Assembly (NCBI GenBank): GCA_963720565.1
Contig: CAVRFW010000009.1
Span: forward strand, 64,001-128,000
Length of the DNA stretch: 64,000 bases
Source of the DNA: Candidatus Bathyarchaeota archaeon
GTDB lineage: Archaea; Thermoproteota; Bathyarchaeia; Bathyarchaeales; Bathycorpusculaceae
Direction: 5' to 3'
Shown here: piece by piece, positions 28,211-38,307 of the stretch
How positions within the stretch are numbered: the first letter of the stretch is position 1
Layout: each line of letters begins with the position of its first letter
The notes under the pieces: generated by a model
The model's database searches: none
Told to the model about the DNA's origin: nothing
What the model saw: the letters and a program-made list of their open reading frames with translations, nothing else
Translations under genes and position numbers: made by a program

Positions 28211-29794
28211 CGATTGTTTGTTTATTGATTGGTTGCTTGGGGGAGATTGGAAGGGAATGAGTTGGTTTGCGAAGTCTTGGATGTTTTTGACCATGTTGTT
28301 AGCAGCTGATTGTATGTTCTAGGACTACGGTGTTTGCGAAATCCTGTCCTGGTAAAGTCGTTGGTTTGGTGGGAATCGGGGGTGTTGTTGTTGAGGGCGT
28401 GGTAGTTGAGGGAATCGCTGGCCCTGAGGGGCTGCGTGGAATGTTCCAGTACCACCACCAATCGGGTTTGGGAGTGATGACCGTTCCAGGTGGAAAGATT
28501 GTCTTTAAATTGGTCGTCGAATTTTTGGTCAGATAGGAGCCAATCTATGTTTTGATTTAAAGCGTCGCCTTTTAGCTCAGGGGTTTGCGCGTTGGTGACT
28601 TGTTTCCAAGCTGCATCGACTATGGATTTGTAGTATTTTGTTGTGTCTTCTCTTGAGTAACCGCGTAACCTTTGGTTTACAGTGGTCACCAATCCTTGGT
28701 ATGTGAGGGCTAAGTGCTTTTTCATTTAGAGTTCCGTCGGGTTTTACAGCTGATAGGTAGTCAATTTCGTAGTATCGAGGTTGGGTAGGTGTTTCTGCAG
28801 TAAGTTTTTGTGTTTTCTCCAGTTTCAGCAGGGGTTCAGTTTGTGTTACCGTGACTAGGCGTTTTAGGATTAGGCCGTAAAGGATCATGGTTAGGACGCG
28901 TATGGGTTTTTGGCCCAGAACTAAGCCGGCTTCCACCGCAGTTAGGGTGCGGTTGGCTCCTAGGGCTTCAACGGATATTTGGGGTTTGGTGTAGGTTGCT
29001 TTGGATAATGCGATGAATACTGCTACAATTACAGCTGCGACTACCACAAAGGCGCCTATCCCAAACAATAGTTCGATTAAGTCGAGTATACCTCCGCCAT
29101 TTTGAGGCGGAGTTGGGCTAGGTGCGGGTGAGACATAGGTTTCTGGAAATGAGACACCTGCGGCAAAGGTTTGTTCAGCTTGCCAAGTGGGTCTTTCCCA
29201 GTAAACAGCCGTTCTATTATCCTCAGTTAAGAATACGTTGTCAAAGGGCAAGTTTGAGGGATATAATACTTCGGTTGTTTGGACTCCAAAGGGCAGAATT
29301 ATTTGCAGACGCAGGTCTTCAGTTCCTATTGAGCTTGCGAATGTGCTTGGGAAGAACTGCATACCCACATTTCCAGGGTTTGTTTCATCCGAGAAAACCA
29401 TGTTTGGTACCGTTGCGTATGCAAGGAAACTGATTGGTTGGTTGAGAATTATGGGTTTTTTTAGTGTAATGTCGATGCCAATTGGGTATAGAAGAGCGTT
29501 CTCGTATTCCAGAGAGTCTCCAGCCGCAGTCTTCTACAGCTTGGATTTGGTAGCCTGCTTTGGGCATGCCTAGTGTGAAAATGCCTTGGGGTGATCCTGA
29601 AAGGTATTGAAAAGTGATGTTATAGAAGATGTTTAGGCTGACCAGTCGTGGTTGATTTCGACTCTTACCCACTCTTGGGTTACGCTGTAGGTGACGCCTT
29701 GAGCCGAAGCGAAAAAGGAAAACGAGAAACTTGCTAAGAGACACAAAAGAGCCACTAACAGGATGGTGTACGTGTGTCTCTTAGGCTTTACCAT
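28127..29794 (-). CDS. Type I membrane protein (DUF2207-like extracellular domain) with cytoplasmic 10-Cys C-terminal tail; about 5 frameshifts
   Basis: Rebuilt: signal peptide MVKPKRHTYTILLVALLCLLASFSFSFFASAQ, YSVTQEWVRVEINHD, SPAPSPTPP linker, TM, LTAVEAGLVLG, WWWYW, P/T-rich stretch, tail SCVCACHSCACACACVSCACACAGGGAH-stop at 28127. Confidence 0.75.
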
Positions 29795-30136
29795 GTGGGC
29801 TCCTCGGTTAACTCGAATTTGTTTCCGCAGTAGTCACAGGTCACGAATGGTTTTCCATCAACTATGACAGTCTTTGTTGGGTCAACGATAGCACTACAGT
29901 TTGGGACAGTGAATTTTATTTATTTTAAGCGGACCAGTGACAGTCAGGGTCTGTTTGATTTCTATGGGTTTCTTTTCGCGGGTCAAAAAAATCATTCCAC
30001 CAGCAACTGCCAAGAAGGCTAAACCTATTAGGAAATATGTGAATCCGAGGTTTGCTGAAATCATAAAGACTAACCCTAAGAAAACCAGAACTACTGCAAC
30101 TATGTAAACAAGAATTTTGCCTGCGCCTTTTACCAT
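29788..30136 (-). CDS. Small 2-TM protein with C-terminal zinc ribbon; frameshift near 29900
   Basis: ORF 29894..30136 continues after a shift as CPNCSAIVD...VTCDYCGNKFELTEEPTW-stop; the stop overlaps ATG 29794 (ATGGTAA). Confidence 0.75.
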
Positions 30137-30407
30137 ACCATTTCACACTTCAGAATAGCTATTTAGCTGATTGTTAGCTATAACACTTTTCCAAAAACGA
30201 AATGTCAGAAGCTTACTTCAATTTGCTTATTGCATAGCGGTCCGTTGGGGCTGGGTGCTTCTTGCAGGATAGCATATTTCGATTTAGAAGAAAGAATCGC
30301 GGGTTTTGCGGCAGATGGTTAAGAAGAAACTGCTCGAAATCCACTTCCTTACAAAAACCTCTTTCTAAAGCATATACAGAACAAGAGTTGGTACGCGCAG
30401 ACTGTAG

Positions 30408-31779
30408 TCAAGAATGTGGAGTCCTGCTAAACTCCTCCTTCTCCAAGTGAATCGCTGCCACCGTAGCGTTTACGTTTTTGTCTTCAACTACGATTATTAT
30501 TTGGGAAGTATGAGGTGCAAAGATTCCTCGCTTTATGTTTATTCCTCGGATGGCGCTGATGGCTGTTGAAGCTACTCCTGGTGAGTCTTTCATTTTGTCG
30601 CCAATGAGCGTGACAACTCCTAAGCCATATTCTATTTTTAGTTTTTCGTCAAACCCCTTCAGTTTTTCCTCATTCTTCTTTAGAAAGTCAGAGTCCAAAA
30701 ACAAAAAATCTCGTAGTCTCTCTCCTGTTTCGAGCGTCTCAGCGCCCAAGTCCATGAAGTCGTTGCGTTTCTCCCAGATTCTCAACGAGTCTTCAAGGGA
30801 ATGACTTTTCTCGTCATTCATAGATAATATAGCGCATCCAGCCTTTCCGGTTAAACACTTTACAACCTCTCTGCCGCTTGTCTCTGACTGAATAGTTGAG
30901 TACTTCTCAGGTTCATCTATCGGAACAATCTGCAACTTCTGCATGAATCGCCTTGCCATTGCGATTGCTGGACTCTGAACAATTTTCATGCCCATCATCG
31001 AGGCTTTGTGTGCTTCGTTGTAGGTTAGAGCAGCTACATGGTCAGTTTTCTGCCCTTTTACAACCTTCGGATCAGCACTTTGCACTGGCACATCCTTAAA
31101 CAGAAGTGTGTCAGTCTGATATCTACTCTCCAAAAGACCTGCAACGAAAACCGCAGAAAGATCTGAGCCTCCTCTACCCAAAACTGTCTCTAGTCCGTCA
31201 GGGGTTACGCCTAAGAAACCAGCGAAGGAAATGATTTTGCCGCCTTCCAAAGGCTCGACCAAAGTATCCAATCTCTTTTTGCTTAGCTCGTAGTTCGGTG
31301 TTGCGTCCTCAAAATTATCATCCGTGACAATTGGCCACTTTTCCACAGGTATGCAATAAGAGTTTAGGTTGTTGCTCTTCATAATGTAGTCTGCTAGTGT
31401 CGCCATCGAAAGCTCACCCCCTAGGGTAAGAACTTTTGCTTTGACACTTCCACTGAAGCGCTTGTTGACCGATTCAAGTGCTTCCTCCGTCTGCCTCCTG
31501 CAGTCTGCCACACAAGACAACGCTTGCCTTATGTACTCACTTCTAACATGCTGCTTGGCAATATGCTCATAAATCTTAAAAACCGCATCAACTCCGATGG
31601 GCGTTGACTGGGCGTAAGATTCCCCAATTCTGATCAGTGCATCGGTGCAACCAGTTGGCGCAGAGAACACCACAACTGGACCAAAATCGTCCTTTGTTGC
31701 AAGTTCCTTTATGCGCTTTGAGAATTTTCGTAATTCCTCTGCCTTCGGCATCTATTAGACTGCCGCCAAATTTTGCCAC
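30408..31779 (-). CDS. lysC: Aspartate kinase; frameshift near 31717; start position approximate
   Basis: VAKFGGS (in the 31588..31857 frame), VVVFSA, TDALI, LGRGGSDLSA, SADPKVV, C-terminal ACT domain. Confidence 0.85.
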
Positions 31780-31917
31780 TGAAGTCCTATTCTTTAAAGT
31801 CTTATCCTCCTGACCCAATTTAGCAGTCTTACACCTAGCTTTATTAGTTTTCTTCACTGAAAAGCTGTTACGGTTGTCAAACGATTCTAATAATTGCGAG
31901 GCAGGTCTGTAAACTAG

Positions 31918-33822
31918 ATGCCCTATATGCTGAATAGGTTTGGGAAAGAATCTTTTCTTAGGGCTTTGGGTAGATACTGGTTTTTAGTAGCTTTGTCGTC
32001 CCTGGTCTTGGCATCGTTTGTTTCAACTCCTCTCGCTCTTCTATCGGCGTTTGCCTTCACATTTCTTGTTCCAGGCTTAGTTTTCCATCGTTTTTTCAAA
32101 ATGGAAACCTGCCAGTTGTTAGCCTTCATTCCGACTTTCAGCGTATTGGTGTCAACTCAGCTGGTTTACTACACTTCTCTTCTTTTTGGATATTCGTCGG
32201 CAACAATAGCGGGTACATTTGTTGTATGGCTCCTGTTCTATGGTGTAGTCGAATGGCGAAAGCCGGCGACTATTTCATTGAGAAGTTTTATTAGAACTGC
32301 CAAGCGCAACAGAGCAATTCTGGTAATTCTTGTTTTGACGTTTGCTCTGTCTTTTGCGGTTCTTTACAGAAGCGTCTGGTTTGAAAGCGATAACGGTATT
32401 GTCTTGACAGGTTCAAACTGGCAAGATACACCCCTTCACTACGAGATTATTGAAAGCATAAACAGTGGCAATTTCCCGCCGCAAATGCCTTACTACTCTG
32501 GGGAAAAGATGACATATCATTATTTCGTGGACTTTCACACGGCAATTCTTGAGAAGGTTTATGGATACCTGCCGCAGTTGTTGCCATTCCTGAACGCAGT
32601 TTTCATTGCGGTTTTTGCCTTAGCCATCTATTCTCTTGCAAGACCAAATGGTAAACGAGCAGCTGCGTTTTCAACCATTATAGCCACATTCGGATGGGGT
32701 TTCAGCTATTTCGGTTTCTTCTCGGCACTTGCTAATGGCACATTTAATCCTGCACAGAATTATGCCTACCAATACAATGGCTTGTTTGGTTTGCCGCCAA
32801 TATTTGACAATCTGCTGCAGCAGAGGCCACTTCTGATAGGTTTGCCTGCTTTTGTATTGGTTCTCGCTCTACTGCGAAATATGGATAACAAACAAGGAGT
32901 AATCTTGGCGGGTATTATGACTGGTTTTGTTTTTCCATTCCACGCTGTGTCGTTCATTTGCTGCTACCTTGCTTATTTTGCCTTTTTGTTGCTAAACATT
33001 AGGAGTTTCAAAACTCATTACTTTTGCTTTCTAATATCTGCTGTCGTGGCGTTGCCTTTCCTTTTTTCTGGTAGTGTTTCTGTACCTCTAGTTATAGCAC
33101 CTCTATGGTACATACTCTTCATGAAGGAAAATCCGATCTTGTTTTACTTTCTTAACCTTGGTGTTCCCTTCATTGTTTCTCTGGTTTTCATAAAGAAAGT
33201 TGACGGGGTCTTTCTGAAGCTTGTCTGCCTTTTTCTATTTCTGATTCCGAACCTGGTTTCTATCACGCCTAATCCATGGGACATGTACAAATTCTTTATT
33301 TTCGCTTGGATTCCACTTGCGGTTCTGAGCGGTGCTGCCCTATCCAAAATCAAGAAAAGTGTGGCGTTTGTGCTGCTTTTGCTTTCCATTCTAACTTCGG
33401 CGAATGTCATACTCTACAATCTCGGAACTAACTATACGGCAGCCAACTGGAATGAATACGAGTTAGGAATGTGGGTTAGAGAAAACACTCCAGAACGTTC
33501 TGTATTCTTAACTTATTACTCAATTCACTGTCCTCCAGTCATGATTGGAGGGCGCTTAACGGTTGCCTCATACGTTAACTGGGCGTACGGTCACGGCGTG
33601 CCCTGGGATGATATAAAAGCACGATGCGATGATATCGATTCTGCATACACTGGAAATTCAGACAATTTGATGCAGATTGTCAATGCATACAACGTAACTT
33701 ACATCTATGTTGGCGCGGATGAACTTCGCAATTTTCCTGGATGTGCAGAGCGATTTAACGTGGTAGAGTGGCTGCGACCAGTTTACAACGGAAGCTTGCG
33801 CATATACGAAGTAGTTCTCTAA
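31918..33822 (+). CDS. GT-C-like polytopic membrane protein
   Basis: WQDTPLHY...NFPPQMPYYSG...YHYFVDF, WVRENTPERSVFL, YNVTYIYVG. Confidence 0.65.
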   Translation: MPYMLNRFGKESFLRALGRYWFLVALSSLVLASFVSTPLALLSAFAFTFLVPGLVFHRFFKMETCQLLAFIPTFSVLVSTQLVYYTSLLFGYSSATIAGTFVVWLLFYGVVEWRKPATISLRSFIRTAKRNRAILVILVLTFALSFAVLYRSVWFESDNGIVLTGSNWQDTPLHYEIIESINSGNFPPQMPYYSGEKMTYHYFVDFHTAILEKVYGYLPQLLPFLNAVFIAVFALAIYSLARPNGKRAAAFSTIIATFGWGFSYFGFFSALANGTFNPAQNYAYQYNGLFGLPPIFDNLLQQRPLLIGLPAFVLVLALLRNMDNKQGVILAGIMTGFVFPFHAVSFICCYLAYFAFLLLNIRSFKTHYFCFLISAVVALPFLFSGSVSVPLVIAPLWYILFMKENPILFYFLNLGVPFIVSLVFIKKVDGVFLKLVCLFLFLIPNLVSITPNPWDMYKFFIFAWIPLAVLSGAALSKIKKSVAFVLLLLSILTSANVILYNLGTNYTAANWNEYELGMWVRENTPERSVFLTYYSIHCPPVMIGGRLTVASYVNWAYGHGVPWDDIKARCDDIDSAYTGNSDNLMQIVNAYNVTYIYVGADELRNFPGCAERFNVVEWLRPVYNGSLRIYEVVL

Positions 33823-33903
33823 CAAATGTTGCAAGTTCAACCTTAGGCTGGGTTTGAAGGGAATGCATGTAAGAAAACTTTTATTCACACGGTTCCTGAA
33901 CTA

Positions 33904-35196
33904 TTGATTCAACGGGAGGAGCAGAAAATTAACTTCTCGGTTGAGAAGCGCGAAGTCATCGGTGTAGTTGCAGTGCTGTCGATTTCGTTTTTGGTTAGGC
34001 TTCTCTTGTTTCCGTTGCCAGGATACAAACTGGATTCGACTACTTATCAGGCATGGTTCCAGACTGCAGCTAACGTTGGATTAAGAACTTTCTATAACCC
34101 CCCGAACTGGTGTGATTATCCGCCTCTGAATATCTATTTTTTCTGGGGTTTCGGGTCATTAGCGAAAACGCTTTCACTTTTCGGAACACCCGCAATGGGC
34201 TATCTTGTCAAGCTGGTTCCTAACCTGTTTGACGCTGCAACTGCGCTGATGATTTTTGTTTTTTCTAGAAAGCGTTTAGACTTCAAAATGGCGCTTTTGG
34301 CTACCGCCGCCTACTCGTTTAACCCTGCAGTTATCTTGAATGCAGCAGTGTGGGGTCAATACGACGCGATTTACACTTTCTTCCTTGTTCTATCTGTCAT
34401 GCTGGGATTGGCTTCAAAGCCTGAGCTTTGCGCTATTTCTTTCACGCTTAGCATTCTTACTAAACCGCAAGGCATAGCCTTAGCTCCTCTAATCGCCTTT
34501 CTGATTCTCAGAAAATATCGGCTACAATGGCGTCGTCTTCTGTCTTCACTATTCAGCGCGGTAGTTACCGTTTTCCTGGTAATAGTTCCTTTTGAGTGGA
34601 GCAACCCACTTACTTTCCTGACCAACATATACTTCGGAGCATATAGCGGCTACGCTGTTACATCCGTGAACGCGTTCAACATATGGGGACTAGTTGGGTT
34701 CTGGTTGCCTGACACAAACTACTATGTGATAGGATGGGTTCTTTTCGCAATCGTGGCTATCTTTACTTTGTATGTTCTGCATAGGCGGTTTGAGGTTTCA
34801 GGTGAAGTGCTCGTTCTTTTTTCAGCTTTCCTTCTTCTTTTCAGTTTCTTCATGCTTCCAACAAGAATTCATGAAAGGTATCTGTTTCCAACGATGAGCT
34901 TTCTGGCTTTGTTGTTTCCACTCCTAAAAAAGGCGCGCCCCATTTACTTGGTCTTAACTGGGACCTGTTTTGTCAATCAAGCATATGTTCTCTATTGGCT
35001 TAATGTTTACACAGACGCTGGTTACAACTACAGCCCCAATCTCACAGGCGACCCCGTAGCTATCGCAGTAAGCTTGATTAATTTAGTAGTGTTCCTTTAC
35101 GCTTTGACACTGATTCAGGCTGAGCTTAAAGGTGGATTAGGTATCCGAACTCGACCTGTTACGGCAGTACAGAACAAAACGAAGGAGGCTGGCTAA
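33904..35196 (+). CDS. GT-C mannosyltransferase-like protein (GT87/PIG-M/DUF2029-like)
   Basis: DYPPL, FNPAVILNAAVWGQYD, KPQG, NAFNIW, PTRIHERYLFP. Confidence 0.75.
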   Translation: MIQREEQKINFSVEKREVIGVVAVLSISFLVRLLLFPLPGYKLDSTTYQAWFQTAANVGLRTFYNPPNWCDYPPLNIYFFWGFGSLAKTLSLFGTPAMGYLVKLVPNLFDAATALMIFVFSRKRLDFKMALLATAAYSFNPAVILNAAVWGQYDAIYTFFLVLSVMLGLASKPELCAISFTLSILTKPQGIALAPLIAFLILRKYRLQWRRLLSSLFSAVVTVFLVIVPFEWSNPLTFLTNIYFGAYSGYAVTSVNAFNIWGLVGFWLPDTNYYVIGWVLFAIVAIFTLYVLHRRFEVSGEVLVLFSAFLLLFSFFMLPTRIHERYLFPTMSFLALLFPLLKKARPIYLVLTGTCFVNQAYVLYWLNVYTDAGYNYSPNLTGDPVAIAVSLINLVVFLYALTLIQAELKGGLGIRTRPVTAVQNKTKEAG

Positions 35197-35202
35197 ACCA
35201 GA

Positions 35203-36936
35203 ATGGACATCGATAAGCGAGACTTGCTCACGATAACTGTCATATCCATAGTCTTCTTCTCAATGGCGGCTTGGAACCTTGGACTTACACAGGCACCCAT
35301 CACCACATGGCAAACTAGCCAAGACCAATCATTCTACATAGACATAGGCAAAACCGAAAGCATTGACACTGTTTATCTCTTAGTCAAGAATGGTTCCGCC
35401 ACAGCCCAAGCTTACACTGGGTTTCCAGGAAACTGGAACTCTCAAGGAATACTCCCACTTAGCATCACCTATCCATACGACTACTATAGTTGGAGCAAAA
35501 TTACCATTGAAAGCAGCACACAGTATGTACGTTTTCATTTCGAGAATGCATCCGTTGAAGTCGCTGAAATAGCGGTTCTCGACCAAGACAATCAGAAAGT
35601 TCCAATTGTCGCAATCGCAGGTGAAAACGAATCTAGCCAAGACTTAGCTAGGCTGATTGATGAACAGGGCTTGGTTGAGTGTCCTCCAACGTATATGTCG
35701 GAGACTTTCTTTGACGAGATCTACTACGTGAAAACCGCGGAGAACTACCTGAGACTTGAGTACCCTTACGAGTGGACTCATCCCCCGCTGGGAAAATTGA
35801 TAATTGCTTTCGGAATTTTCGCTTTAGGTTACAGTCCTTTCGTGTGGCGAATAATGGGCGTGGCTTTCGCAACATTAATGCTGCCTATAATCTACCTGTT
35901 GGGCAAGAGGTTGTTTGGAACCTGGATTGGCGCCTTCACCTCTGCTTTCCTGTTGGCTTTTGATTTTATGCATTTCACAATGGCGCGAATGGCAACCGTG
36001 GATACCTATGTTGTCTTTTTTTCGTTAGCTTCGCAGCTTTTCTTCTTAATCTACATTAAAGATTTGTTTAAGAACGGTTGGAAAGCCTCAATTATTCCAC
36101 TGTTCTTGGGATTTCTGTTTTTCGCGCTCGGTTTCTCAACAAAATGGTTTATTCTTTACGGTTTCATAGGGTTAATTGCCTTCATATTAATTCTAAGACT
36201 AAGAGACGTTATCAAACTAGAGGAAACTTGGGCCGCGAGGCTTAATGCTCTCCTGGATCCGCCATTCTACTTGTTGCCTCTATTCCTGCTGGTAGCAATC
36301 TTGATTTATTTTCTAACTTTCATACCAGACATGATAGTTGGGCGCTCCATAGTTGATGTTCTTGGGCTTCAAGGATCAATGTACATTTACCACTCCACTC
36401 TTTCGGCTACACATCCTTTTTCTTCCGCGTGGTGGAGCTGGCCTCTAATGTTGCGTCCTGTTTGGCTGTACGTCTCTTACCTGCCGCTTGACCTGAAGTC
36501 TACAATCACCTTGTTAGGCAACCCTGCAGTCTGGTGGCCTGGCTTCATCTCCATAATCGTAGTTGCGGCAAGAGCTATCCCAGGTCATTTCTGGAAAAAG
36601 CTGCCTAAACTACAAGTCCTTGCCAGAAATCAACCCGGTGTAGATTGGATTGCCTTATTCATCGTGGTTGTTTTCTTTTTCCAATGGGTTCCGTACGTTT
36701 TCATTTCTCGAATTACCTTTGTCTATCATTACTACCTCAATGTGCCGCTTCTCTGTTTAGCTTCAGCATACTTGGTAAGCAAGTGCTGGTCCAGCAAGTG
36801 GGGCAAGATAGCTACCATTATTCTTCTTGCAGCTGTCGTGATTCTATTCGCTCTGTTTTATCCCGTAATCTCCGGAAACCCCTCTTCTACAACATTTATT
36901 GACAGCCTGAAATGGTTTGAAAGTTGGGTGTTCTAA
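35203..36936 (+). CDS. Dolichyl-phosphate-mannose:protein O-mannosyltransferase (PMT, GT39)
   Basis: FFDEIYYV, EWTHPPLGK, WRIMG, ARMATVD, KW, HPFSSAWWSWPLMLRP, LGNPAVWW, FVYHY. Confidence 0.85.
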   Translation: MDIDKRDLLTITVISIVFFSMAAWNLGLTQAPITTWQTSQDQSFYIDIGKTESIDTVYLLVKNGSATAQAYTGFPGNWNSQGILPLSITYPYDYYSWSKITIESSTQYVRFHFENASVEVAEIAVLDQDNQKVPIVAIAGENESSQDLARLIDEQGLVECPPTYMSETFFDEIYYVKTAENYLRLEYPYEWTHPPLGKLIIAFGIFALGYSPFVWRIMGVAFATLMLPIIYLLGKRLFGTWIGAFTSAFLLAFDFMHFTMARMATVDTYVVFFSLASQLFFLIYIKDLFKNGWKASIIPLFLGFLFFALGFSTKWFILYGFIGLIAFILILRLRDVIKLEETWAARLNALLDPPFYLLPLFLLVAILIYFLTFIPDMIVGRSIVDVLGLQGSMYIYHSTLSATHPFSSAWWSWPLMLRPVWLYVSYLPLDLKSTITLLGNPAVWWPGFISIIVVAARAIPGHFWKKLPKLQVLARNQPGVDWIALFIVVVFFFQWVPYVFISRITFVYHYYLNVPLLCLASAYLVSKCWSSKWGKIATIILLAAVVILFALFYPVISGNPSSTTFIDSLKWFESWVF

Positions 36937-36938
36937 AC

Positions 36939-37706
36939 GTGCAAGAAACGGCATTTCAGTCGGAGAAAGTTTCGGTTGTTCTGCCAACCTACAATGAAGC
37001 GGACAGCATAGAGACAGCAGTGGAACAAGTGATTGCTGCACTAAAAGAATATGGAAAGCCCTACGAGATAATAATCGCTGAAGATGGTAGCACGGATGGC
37101 ACCGACAAGAAAGCGAGCATACTATCCAAAAAATATGTGGGCATAGTAAAACACATTCACAAAGAGAAACGCATGGGAAGAGGAAAAGCCCTCGAGAACG
37201 CCTTCAATCACTCGAGCGGCAAAATTCTTGTTTATATGGATGTAGATTTAGCTACCGACGTGCGGCATCTAGCTGAACTCGTAAGAAGCGTTCAAGTCGA
37301 AGGATATGAAATAGCCACGGGCTCAAGAATGCTGAACGAGAGCAGGGTCAGGAGAAGTGGCACCAGGAGCATCGCATCAAGAGTTTACAACCTCATGGTC
37401 CGTTGGCTTCTAGGCTCAAAGATTAAGGATCATCAGTGCGGCTTCAAAGCGTTCCGACGAGAACCTTTAATGCAGTTGCTCACTGAGGTAGAAGCTAAAC
37501 ACTGGTTTTGGGATACGGAAATCCTAGTGCGGGCTGCGCAGAGAGGTTACAGGATAAAAGAGATACCAGTGAATTGGAAGGGTGGTTCAGAAACGAAGGT
37601 ACTATTACTCAAAGACTCATCTGACATGTTTAGGCAGATACTATTACTCTGGTGGCACTTGAAGGTGTCTCGCCCACACGGGTTATCTTTGGGCTCTTCT
37701 AGCTAA
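36939..37706 (+). CDS. GT2 dolichol-phosphate glycosyltransferase (DPM1/ALG5-like)
   Basis: VLPTYNE, EDGSTDGT, GRGKAL, MDVDL, GSR, DHQCGFK, WFWDTEIL. Confidence 0.9.
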   Translation: MQETAFQSEKVSVVLPTYNEADSIETAVEQVIAALKEYGKPYEIIIAEDGSTDGTDKKASILSKKYVGIVKHIHKEKRMGRGKALENAFNHSSGKILVYMDVDLATDVRHLAELVRSVQVEGYEIATGSRMLNESRVRRSGTRSIASRVYNLMVRWLLGSKIKDHQCGFKAFRREPLMQLLTEVEAKHWFWDTEILVRAAQRGYRIKEIPVNWKGGSETKVLLLKDSSDMFRQILLLWWHLKVSRPHGLSLGSSS

Positions 37707-38246
37707 GAGAACCAGCGCTCTTGCTATCAACGACAAACCTGTGATTATTAGCATCCAGGTCCAGAAAATGAACCACGCGCTTACGTTTGTAGTTTGGTTA
37801 AGATAGGTGTTTACTAGGTAGGCTGCTCCAAACCAAAATACTAGGTTTCCAACGGTTTCAGCTGTGTTGCTTATTGATGATCCCAATGCAAACCTCAGCG
37901 TCAAGATTATGGTTTGCAGGATTCCCAACCCCAGACAAAGATGGAACAACGCGCCATAGAAGACTGCGTGGGCACCTGGGTTTGCGGGCATAGGCAAGTA
38001 TATCTCGGTGCCGGGAACTACAGTAGTTTCCAAGTTTTCGAAAAATGCTACTACGCTGTCCCAAAGACCAGAGGTGGTTATGTATATTATCCCAATTAGG
38101 ATAAAGACGAATCCTACAGCGATGGCACTCAAAAGGCCTTCTTGTGCCTTATGCGATCCTTTCAAAACACTTGGCTTTTTGTTCAATCTTCTTCCCCTTT
38201 CGCTTATTTGTTGCTTCTGCAAATATGCTTTTCCTTTTTTGTTCAA
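37683..38246 (-). CDS. Hypothetical 4-TM membrane protein
   Basis: Four hydrophobic segments, no recognised motif. Confidence 0.6.
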   Translation of the reverse strand: MNKKGKAYLQKQQISERGRRLNKKPSVLKGSHKAQEGLLSAIAVGFVFILIGIIYITTSGLWDSVVAFFENLETTVVPGTEIYLPMPANPGAHAVFYGALFHLCLGLGILQTIILTLRFALGSSISNTAETVGNLVFWFGAAYLVNTYLNQTTNVSAWFIFWTWMLIITGLSLIARALVLLARRAQR

Positions 38247-38307
38247 CCCTGAGTGTATGTTTTAAATACTAATTCTAAGATAACCATTCTATGCTAAGGT
38301 GAAGGTT

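Noticed and set aside
28075..28260. Plus-strand Arg-rich ORF (RRRMRRRMSGRRRR), protamine-like
   Set aside because: It is the antisense shadow of the Cys-Ala tail; the minus-strand reading is coupled to the radical SAM start.
26795..30136. Programmed frameshifting or selenocysteine/pyrrolysine read-through
   Set aside because: Too many shifts, no shared slippery motif, and the breaks change frame rather than being in-frame stops.
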